Shown here one piece after another: positions 26,765 to 34,144 of a stretch of DNA of 39,327 nucleotides (its first letter is position 1; each line of letters begins with the position of its first letter). Below the pieces are notes generated by a model. That model was not told the origin of the DNA. It did not search any database and was given only the letters and a program-made list of their open reading frames with translations. A program made the translations under genes and the position numbers. Location of the stretch: positions 1 through 39,327 of IMG/VR virus record IMGVR_UViG_3300012953_006722; one strand, 5' to 3'. The stretch comes from a virus. Lineage: Duplodnaviria > Caudoviricetes.

Positions 26765-27735
26765 TAAAAGAGGTCGTCAGCGTCAAATGTTTGCGAGTTC
26801 TTTGAGTATTCTACTGGGCGAGAATGAAAGAAATCAGTGGCGTTATTACCCATCAATTCCTCCTCAAACCACATTGTATCTTCCAGTAAAGAAGTGTCAA
26901 CATTAAATGCTGGAGCAAATCCAATTTTTTCTAATGAATCGTTTATTCTGTTCTTGATGAATTCCTTCAAGATGTCTGCGCTCAGGCCCTTTTCGTCAAA
27001 GCCATTAACCATCCAGTCTACGATTTTACTCTCAGCTACTAAAGCCTCTTCAGCTTCATGGTTGATTCTGTTTTCTAGCTCTTTATCAAAAAGTTCTGGA
27101 TGCTCTTCTCTGATTGTGTTGATGATCTTGATCCCCGTAAGGGCGTGAATATTTTCTTCGTTACGAGTATACTTAACCTGCTGACCAGTATCTTTTAGAA
27201 CGTTCCGATACCGATTAAACCAATTGATTACATAGAACTGACTAAACAAAGAGACGTTCTCTACAAACAGGGTAAACAAAATCAAAGCATAAACGTATTG
27301 CTTTTTAGAGTCCTTATAAAACTTATGGTTATACTTCCTCAGATAGCGTACACGGCCCTCGATAAAGTCCAGCTTAAGGTTCTCTTCAAAAATATCTTCC
27401 AGCCCTAGAACGGTCAGTAGGCGCTCATAAGCATTGTTGTGGATGACCTCTGTATTGGCCATAACGTAGCCCAAATCTGTTAAACTCGGATGTGGCAAGT
27501 TGTCTCCCAGTTTTGCCCAGAACTTCTTAACAGCTACCTCAATCTGCCCAATAGCTGAAAGGGTTCTGATAATCATCTCTCTCTCGTCATCACTTAAATT
27601 TACGTTAAAATCTTGAATATCGCTACTAAAACTAAACTCTTTATCGGTCCAAAAACCGTTGTGCATTGCTTCTATAAAATCCTGCGTCCATGGATAATAA
27701 TCGGGCTTCCTTGATAACTGTTCTTCAAAAATCAT
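26764..27735 (-). CDS. nrdB: Ribonucleotide reductase class I beta subunit (class Id-like)
   Basis: QIEVAVK, EVIHNNAY, ENVSLFSQF, EENIH, DFFHSRPVEY; likely start ATG 27735 (MIFEEQ). Confidence 0.95.
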   Translation of the reverse strand: MIFEEQLSRKPDYYPWTQDFIEAMHNGFWTDKEFSFSSDIQDFNVNLSDDEREMIIRTLSAIGQIEVAVKKFWAKLGDNLPHPSLTDLGYVMANTEVIHNNAYERLLTVLGLEDIFEENLKLDFIEGRVRYLRKYNHKFYKDSKKQYVYALILFTLFVENVSLFSQFYVINWFNRYRNVLKDTGQQVKYTRNEENIHALTGIKIINTIREEHPELFDKELENRINHEAEEALVAESKIVDWMVNGFDEKGLSADILKEFIKNRINDSLEKIGFAPAFNVDTSLLEDTMWFEEELMGNNATDFFHSRPVEYSKNSQTFDADDLF

Positions 27736-27803
27736 AACTTCGTATTTTTTACACCTTAGGGAGGCAAGCGGGTGGTGTCGAGGGAAATTTCCTGATTTTT
27801 TTT

Positions 27804-27831
27804 TTGACAAGGTTGGTTAACGACGTATAAT
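27804..27831 (+). promoter_or_regulatory. Consensus sigma70 promoter for the sigma-ssb operon
   Basis: TTGACA (27804-27809), 16 nt, TATAAT (27826-27831), preceded by a T10 tract (UP-element-like). Confidence 0.85.
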
Positions 27832-27934
27832 AACCGTGAAACGGTTAAAAAACGTATCTTTAAGATAAGGTTAACGGTACAGTAAACGTTCGTCTGTAAA
27901 GTAAACGTTTTTATAAATATATTATATATAATAA
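27815..27934. repeat. Cluster of short direct/inverted repeats plus A/T tract (candidate origin or operator array)
   Basis: GGTTAACG x2 (27815, 27869), AGTAAACGTT x2 (27881, 27900), TAACCGT-gaa-ACGGTTA (27831-27847), TATCTT-t-AAGATA (27855-27867), 27 consecutive A/T (27908-27934). Confidence 0.6.
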
Positions 27935-27977
27935 GCTTTTTCTGTTTAAATTTCTGAGAACCCGCATAGTATTGTAG

Positions 27978-28559
27978 ATGCCATATTCCCCCAGCGACCT
28001 CACCCTAATTGAAAAACTGCAAGAAAGAAGGGATGAGGATAGTTTACTTCAACTGATAGAAAGACATTCTGGTATATATCACAGCATGGTGAATCACTTT
28101 ATGTCTCACCCGCAAAATGCGTTAGACAAGGATCAAATGGTCAACGAGAAGGATGCCACGATCTATTCGGCAGCAATGAACTATGATCCGAATCGCAAGA
28201 CAAAGTTTTCTACACATTTGGCTAATCAAACAAAATGGAAGTGCTTGAACCTTTTAAATAAAAATAAAAGAATGAAGCAATTTTTCATCGATGAAGATGA
28301 AAATCACTTTGAACCTTCATGCGAAAGTTTTATTGCCGATCTAACCCGTGGGGAAGTTTTATCTGTGTTTAAAACTTGCCTTAAAAAAGAAAAAGACGAA
28401 AGGGTGAAAAAAATAGTTGACGTTAGATACGGTCGCGCTGATAATAAGCTCACACCGTGGAGAGTGATATCTGAGGAGCTTGAAATGAGCATCCAAGGTT
28501 GCATCAACATTCACAATCGTTTCATAGAAAAAGTAAAAAGACATATTAAAAATGTATAA
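27978..28559 (+). CDS. Phage sigma70-family RNA polymerase sigma factor
   Basis: Region 2 (LIERHSGI..AAMNYDPNRKTKFSTHL) and region 4 HTH (RYG..TPWRVISEELEMSIQGCINIH). Confidence 0.85.
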   Translation: MPYSPSDLTLIEKLQERRDEDSLLQLIERHSGIYHSMVNHFMSHPQNALDKDQMVNEKDATIYSAAMNYDPNRKTKFSTHLANQTKWKCLNLLNKNKRMKQFFIDEDENHFEPSCESFIADLTRGEVLSVFKTCLKKEKDERVKKIVDVRYGRADNKLTPWRVISEELEMSIQGCINIHNRFIEKVKRHIKNV

Positions 28560-28902
28560 TTCAATTACAGCAGCAGCATTCTTGGTTAAAGACCCCGAAG
28601 TCAAAACTACCTCTACAGGAAAAAAGGTGGCCAACCTTCGAGTGGGCATTTCAGCGGCAAATGCAAAAACCAAGTGTTTCATTGATTGTGAGTTCTGGGA
28701 CAAAACCGCAGAAATCGCAGAGAAGTATCTTACCAAGGGCAGGGAGTTCATTGTATCGGGCGAGCTTTGCATGTCAGAGTGGGAAAAGGATGGAAAAACT
28801 TTCAGCAAGTATTATCTGAGAGGCAAGGATCTACAGTTCTTGGGTTCTAAGAAGAAAGATGACGCTCAGGGCGACTCAAACGATACTGAGGTTCCTTTTT
28901 AA
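28552..28902 (+). CDS. ssb: Single-stranded DNA-binding protein
   Basis: LVKDPEVK, FIDCEFWDKTAE, KGREFIVSGEL, acidic tail ending EVPF. Confidence 0.95.
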   Translation: MYNSITAAAFLVKDPEVKTTSTGKKVANLRVGISAANAKTKCFIDCEFWDKTAEIAEKYLTKGREFIVSGELCMSEWEKDGKTFSKYYLRGKDLQFLGSKKKDDAQGDSNDTEVPF

Positions 28903-29978
28903 TGAAGCTTGTAGTTGACGCTCCAATTAATTCCCTAAGCTTTGGCAATGTCTCTCTAAATATTATTAGAGAGCTTTACAAGCGGGGTGTAGACTTAAGA
29001 ATATTTCCCACGGGAAATGTAGACCTTGAGGCTTATGATTTAGACGAAGCTTTTCGCTTGTATTTGCAAGAGGCAATCAACAAGCGTCTCGATTTCTTCA
29101 AACCAGACATTCCGTGCTTTAAGCTCTGGCACCTAAATGGGTCAGAAAATCGCAAGAATAAGGATCAGTATTTGTTTACATTTTACGAATGTAATGAGCC
29201 TACTGAGGTTGAATTAAAACTTTGTGCGGGGCAAGACCACACATTTTTCGGTTCCAGTTATTCGAGAGATTGCTTTTCTGAGCGAGATGTATCAAACACT
29301 AGTTTCTTACCTCTCGGACTAGATCCCGACTTTCATGTCACGGATAAAAAATATCTCGGTGATGTGATTCATTTTGGTTTAATGGGTAAATTTGAGAACA
29401 GAAAGCATACCGCAAAAATCATAAAAACTTGGGTAAAAAAATATGGCAATAATCCTAAATATCAGCTTTCTTGCTGTGTTGGTAATCCATTTTTTAAACC
29501 CGAGCAGATGCAGGGTTTAATTCAAGGTGCGCTTGAGGGCCAGAACTACACAAACGTTAACTTTCTACCACGCTTACAAAAAAACTCAGAAGTTAATGAT
29601 TTGCTTAATTCAATTGATATTGACTTAACTGGTCTTTCTGGTGGTGAGGGTTGGAATATTCCCGCCTTTAATGCCACAGCACTAGGTAAGTGGAGTGTTG
29701 TCCTTAATGCAACCTCACATAAAGATTGGGCAACTGAAGATAACTCTATTTTGCTAGAGCCATCGGGGACAATGCCTGTATACGACGGTGTATTTTTCAC
29801 TAAAGACAGCCCCTTTAATAAGGGCGTCTTTTATACATGGACTGAAGAAGAAGCTATCGAGGCAATGGAAAAGGCCGAATCAAGGGTGGGCGAAATTAAT
29901 ACTGAAGGCTTAAAGCTGGCAGATGAGTTTACCTACTCCCGAACAGTCGATCTGATTTTGGAGAAAATCTTCGGATAA
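28902..29978 (+). CDS. GT-B (GT4-like) glycosyltransferase
   Basis: LGLDPDF, GKFENRKH, SGGEGWNIPAFNA, FTYSRTV. Confidence 0.8.
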   Translation: MKLVVDAPINSLSFGNVSLNIIRELYKRGVDLRIFPTGNVDLEAYDLDEAFRLYLQEAINKRLDFFKPDIPCFKLWHLNGSENRKNKDQYLFTFYECNEPTEVELKLCAGQDHTFFGSSYSRDCFSERDVSNTSFLPLGLDPDFHVTDKKYLGDVIHFGLMGKFENRKHTAKIIKTWVKKYGNNPKYQLSCCVGNPFFKPEQMQGLIQGALEGQNYTNVNFLPRLQKNSEVNDLLNSIDIDLTGLSGGEGWNIPAFNATALGKWSVVLNATSHKDWATEDNSILLEPSGTMPVYDGVFFTKDSPFNKGVFYTWTEEEAIEAMEKAESRVGEINTEGLKLADEFTYSRTVDLILEKIFG

Positions 29979-29984
29979 TGCATT

Positions 29985-30371
29985 ATGCCTATTTACGTTT
30001 ACAAGCACCCAGAGAGAGAAGAGTACGAAGAAGTTTTTCAGGGCATGAATGACGAACACGTTTATGAGAAAGATGGGGTAACGTGGGACAGGGTATTCTT
30101 GGCGCCCAATGCCTCTATTGATAATAATATAGACCCATTTAACCAACAGCAATTCATGGATGCCACTTATGGCAAAAAGGGAACTATGGGTGACATGATG
30201 GACTTGTCAGCAGAAATGAGTCAAAAAAGGGCTGATAAAGCAGGTGGGAAAGATCCTGTTAAGGAAAAATTCTACGACAACTACGCAAAGGAAAGAAACG
30301 GCGCACAACACCCGAGTCGTGGAAAAGAGCAAGGCTACGAAAGTAAAAATGTAAAAGTAGACTTCGATTAA
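29985..30371 (+). CDS. FmdB-like small protein (no Zn-ribbon cysteines)
   Basis: MPIYVYKH N-terminus and WDRVF resemble the FmdB family (MPxYxYxC..RxI). Confidence 0.55.
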   Translation: MPIYVYKHPEREEYEEVFQGMNDEHVYEKDGVTWDRVFLAPNASIDNNIDPFNQQQFMDATYGKKGTMGDMMDLSAEMSQKRADKAGGKDPVKEKFYDNYAKERNGAQHPSRGKEQGYESKNVKVDFD

Positions 30372-32368
30372 GTCAATCTGTATTTCTTAAAATTATATGG
30401 CGCAAGGTCAAATGCTTCAAGTTGGTAGCCCGTATCTATTCCTGCGTCAGAGTCAACACCAGCAATAAGAGTATTTATATCGGCTCTATATTGTGAATAG
30501 TCGGGACCAGCAGTTCTACCTTCGTAACTAGTTAATAATACCGCTGTACCATCAACAATGGCAAAAGTTTGCTGTCCTGAATCTCCAGTTTGCAGATTCC
30601 AAGCAAAATTATCAGCTTTTGCGCCTACTGCTGGGTTGTTGAATCCTGGGGCTGGTGCAAACCAAACTACACTGTTGGAGCTACCAATTTTATAGGGCTC
30701 TAAGCAGTGACCCATTTTTCTATGATCAAGACCGAGAACCATTGGTCTAAAGTTATTTTTTATCGATCCAACAGTTGAAGTTCCTGTATTCCAGTAGCGA
30801 TCAACATCCTGTGGAAAAACTTTAGGTATAGAAATAGTACTAGGCAGATCTTCACTAAGTAACCCCACGGCAATATCCTGCGTAGCGTGAGTCCTTCCCT
30901 CTGTAATAGTCCTATCAATCCAAGTACCATCAGGTTCAACAAACCAAACTTTATTTCCGTCGTCTAACATAAAATGCTTTGCCCAAGCAATATGTCGCGG
31001 TGTAATCGCTACAGCACCTATCATTCTGAAATCTGCATTGGAAGCGTAATAATCGAAACCCTTGTTATTCCAAACGCTAACGCAAGTTAAGTCAATATCT
31101 GAAGCCCAAAAATCACCCGACCTTGCGGCGCCATATCCTCCTGCTGTCAGACTTCCAGAAGGATTGGTAAAATTTACAAACATCGGACCATTAACGCCAC
31201 TTGTCATTGAATTAGTAATACGCGAAGCTATTTGTTCAGAACAATGCAGCGCTAGTGACTCTTGTGGATTTCCCTCCATCTGTAGACCCTTAGGATTCGA
31301 GTATAACTCAAAAGAAAATGACGCATCAAGACTCATTATGTCGTTAACCGCCATTGAATAATTATATGACTGCAATTTAGCATCTTCGATACCGTAGCTA
31401 ATGCTTTTACCGCTAGTTTCTAAAACTAAATCAAAATCATAACTTGTTTCATTAGCCAATACACCGCTTAACACGCCAGCACTAAATCCTGAAACTAAAG
31501 AGGAGACATTAACACTTCCACGCGCAGGAAGCTGTGCTTTTCTATTATAAACATAGTCACTGCCTAAACCATAGGATGCCACCCTTGGTATATTCAAGCT
31601 AAGACTTACATTTTGCAAAGCGTGGTTACCCGATAGCGCCTGTCCTCCAACCTGAAAGTTTTGTAAAGTCACTGAACTTCCAGCTTCTGCTGGATTCATA
31701 ATTATTGGAGTCTGGTCAAACTGAGCAATTGGATCAAAAGTTAAATGGCCTACATTGTGAGCATTGCCGCTTTGCAAGTTAATGGCTGGAGAACCAAGCA
31801 CCTGACCAGTCACTTCCTCATATTGCATATTTGAGCCTAAAAACTCAACACTGACTGTAGGTAATCCTCCAGCGCCATAAGATAAAGAGTAATCAGTTAA
31901 AAAACAATTACCGACTGAAGCGCACTGATAACCACTAAATGAAGGAGAATCACCCTCAATGAATCCGCTGAAAGCATCAAAACCTTGATCGGGGCGTGTT
32001 AAAATATAGAAGTTTCTAGAAGCGTTTTCTATGCCTGATAGCGCTCCCACAGAGGGTATTTCAGCCATACCAGTAACTGTGGCATCATTTAAATCCACCA
32101 AATTAACAAAACCCTCATTAAAGAAAGGGTAATTCAAATAATAGCTAAACTGTAAGCTTACGTCAGGCTGACGATTTAATGAATTGAAGGCAAGTCGAGA
32201 ACTACCAACCTGTTTTGGCGCAATGTGAGACAAAGAAACATCAAAGGCTGACGACTGGACGGCAGATGCAATTGATCCCGTCATCTCAGTCGTATAAAAA
32301 GCCTCTTTTTGCCCGAGGTGTTCACACGCAATAAACGCATTATTACTCTTAAAAATGTTAGTAGCCAT
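30368..32368 (-). CDS. Putative tail structural protein with C-terminal trypsin-like serine protease domain
   Basis: Beta-rich G/S/T N-terminal part resembling the 33338-34144 product; ITPRHIAWAKH, DIAV, GDSG; likely start ATG 32368. Confidence 0.7.
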   Translation of the reverse strand: MATNIFKSNNAFIACEHLGQKEAFYTTEMTGSIASAVQSSAFDVSLSHIAPKQVGSSRLAFNSLNRQPDVSLQFSYYLNYPFFNEGFVNLVDLNDATVTGMAEIPSVGALSGIENASRNFYILTRPDQGFDAFSGFIEGDSPSFSGYQCASVGNCFLTDYSLSYGAGGLPTVSVEFLGSNMQYEEVTGQVLGSPAINLQSGNAHNVGHLTFDPIAQFDQTPIIMNPAEAGSSVTLQNFQVGGQALSGNHALQNVSLSLNIPRVASYGLGSDYVYNRKAQLPARGSVNVSSLVSGFSAGVLSGVLANETSYDFDLVLETSGKSISYGIEDAKLQSYNYSMAVNDIMSLDASFSFELYSNPKGLQMEGNPQESLALHCSEQIASRITNSMTSGVNGPMFVNFTNPSGSLTAGGYGAARSGDFWASDIDLTCVSVWNNKGFDYYASNADFRMIGAVAITPRHIAWAKHFMLDDGNKVWFVEPDGTWIDRTITEGRTHATQDIAVGLLSEDLPSTISIPKVFPQDVDRYWNTGTSTVGSIKNNFRPMVLGLDHRKMGHCLEPYKIGSSNSVVWFAPAPGFNNPAVGAKADNFAWNLQTGDSGQQTFAIVDGTAVLLTSYEGRTAGPDYSQYRADINTLIAGVDSDAGIDTGYQLEAFDLAPYNFKKYRLT

Positions 32369-32369
32369 T

Positions 32370-33338
32370 TTATACTCCTGTTGGCACGACCCCCAACGGG
32401 TCTTCCACAAATGTTACGGTTATATCGTTAGCGTTGGCATATTTCCATGTGTGCGTCCACTCGGGACAATAATAAACCTTTGGTCTATTATATAGTGAAG
32501 GTATTGTGTGTTCAAATCTTCTGTAGCCAGCCTTGTTTTCTAAAAAGTGCAGAATCGCTTTAGCTTCGTTGTCAGAGACATCTGTAAAATTATAAGAAAT
32601 GTCAAATTTAGCTATGTTTTTTGTTTGAGCGTTACCGCCAAGCCTTTGTTTGAATGAATATTCAAAATCCACAATATCGGCCTTAATTGGTACTTGAAAA
32701 TTTTGCTTTTCGTCAGGTTCAAAAAAGAACTTTTGCGACCACAAAGAGCCTGTTCCTGATGGAGAGTTCATTCCATCACTAGAAGACGTATGGTCTTGTG
32801 TAGCATAATAAAAATTATCTAGCTTATTATCGGAGATTCCCGTATATACAACATCGTATTTTTTGTAAGTTGCTGCACCTTGAAAACCTTGGAAAGGTAA
32901 ATTTGTAAAGTTTTGCCCCGACCAATTAAAAAGGGTGGCGGCACCATCAACTGCAACCTTTGCGGCCACTTCTATGTGGTTAAGATTTACATAATTCACA
33001 GTATACTCATCACAAAACCCTGAAACATTTTTGTATATTCCAGAGTTGTCAGGATTGAACTCGAACTGTTTGAAACCTGATTGCGCCTCAAAAAAGTTAA
33101 CAAGTTTTCGAGCATTAGTTGTATTTAAATTATATTTTACATCGAATGCGGCAGTTAAATTATTTACGGAAATGGGAACCAATTCGTAATAGAAATCATC
33201 GGTCGTGTAATTGTTGTCTTTAGATGAAAAAGTAACCGTTGATCCATAGGATGGCGTTAACTGTAAACCAGTAAGATTAGCAGGGGCTGTTACTCCCTGT
33301 ATATTCCTATCTCTGTTGTAATATAAGTCTTCGCTCAT
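32370..33338 (-). CDS. Minor/distal tail protein (two lambda gpM-like halves)
   Basis: Repeated NFFEAQSGFKQFEF / HFLENKAGYRRFEH motif, ITVTFVE; downstream of the tape measure gene. Confidence 0.65.
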   Translation of the reverse strand: MSEDLYYNRDRNIQGVTAPANLTGLQLTPSYGSTVTFSSKDNNYTTDDFYYELVPISVNNLTAAFDVKYNLNTTNARKLVNFFEAQSGFKQFEFNPDNSGIYKNVSGFCDEYTVNYVNLNHIEVAAKVAVDGAATLFNWSGQNFTNLPFQGFQGAATYKKYDVVYTGISDNKLDNFYYATQDHTSSSDGMNSPSGTGSLWSQKFFFEPDEKQNFQVPIKADIVDFEYSFKQRLGGNAQTKNIAKFDISYNFTDVSDNEAKAILHFLENKAGYRRFEHTIPSLYNRPKVYYCPEWTHTWKYANANDITVTFVEDPLGVVPTGV

Positions 33339-34144
33339 CAGGATGAATGCCCTATGTAGTCAAGCTGTAGAGTCAGAGACCCATCAGCAGAGGCTGTTAA
33401 ATTTTCACTCACTAAAGAAGCGTTAGCAACGCTTCCTGCCCAGATTGTAATACCGTCGCTACCGTCTACTTGAAAAACTACACTTTTATCACCCTTGCCA
33501 GTTGACAAAAAATTATAACCACTTTCCATAAATGCATCATCAACATCAATCTGAACACTTGCGTTGATTTGAAGTGGAGCAACTGTCTTAACTTCTTCGG
33601 CTGTTTCAGAGCCTATCGTATAATAAGCCTTGCGCTTACATGTCAGTGAATAATCGAAACCAATAATTCTATTTGTGGTGGAGTTGTCGCAAGTAGCGCT
33701 AATCGATCCCTGACTGGGTATGTGAATGTCTGGATGCGCGACACTTCCCGAGGCGCTATACCCTGTTCTCATTTCATCATACACAGTAAATGTTGTGTTG
33801 ACCTGTGGCACCTGACCAACGGCGCATTTCAGTGAGTAGCTATCTAAGTATCCGCTTTCAAATCCATATGAATTGTCGGAGTAATGTATGCTTCCAGATA
33901 GCGGAATATTGCCCGTGTATGGCGCGGAACTTAAAGAAAGAATGGGGTCTTCGTAAATCAAAAACCTTCCAAAAGAAAACGTTTGCTTAGTCGGGCCTCC
34001 TACAGCAGTAAGGCCGTTTGCGTAGCCAAGTGGATTAACCAGTTGGGGGGAATTAGCATAGCTAAAGTTAGCACTCTGTATGCCCGAGAGTTCCTGACCC
34101 GAAATAAATACTCGGGAGTCGTAATTAAGATTTGTTCCATACAT
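33338..34144 (-). CDS. Putative tail tube/hub-like structural protein
   Basis: Beta-rich, internally duplicated pattern (GIQSANFSY / IIGFDYSL); immediately downstream of the tape measure gene. Confidence 0.55.
   Translation of the reverse strand: MYGTNLNYDSRVFISGQELSGIQSANFSYANSPQLVNPLGYANGLTAVGGPTKQTFSFGRFLIYEDPILSLSSAPYTGNIPLSGSIHYSDNSYGFESGYLDSYSLKCAVGQVPQVNTTFTVYDEMRTGYSASGSVAHPDIHIPSQGSISATCDNSTTNRIIGFDYSLTCKRKAYYTIGSETAEEVKTVAPLQINASVQIDVDDAFMESGYNFLSTGKGDKSVVFQVDGSDGITIWAGSVANASLVSENLTASADGSLTLQLDYIGHSS

Noticed and set aside
26764-27735. Class Ic (Mn/Fe) R2c
   Set aside because: The radical-position Tyr is retained (EVIHNNAY) and the EVAVK lysine points to class Id
27736-27810. N-terminal extension of NrdB from the TTG at 27810 (likewise the extensions at 2609, 3315, 12690, 15247, 32410)
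   Set aside because: These extensions overlap promoters or upstream genes and precede the family-typical N-termini; downstream ATGs fit better
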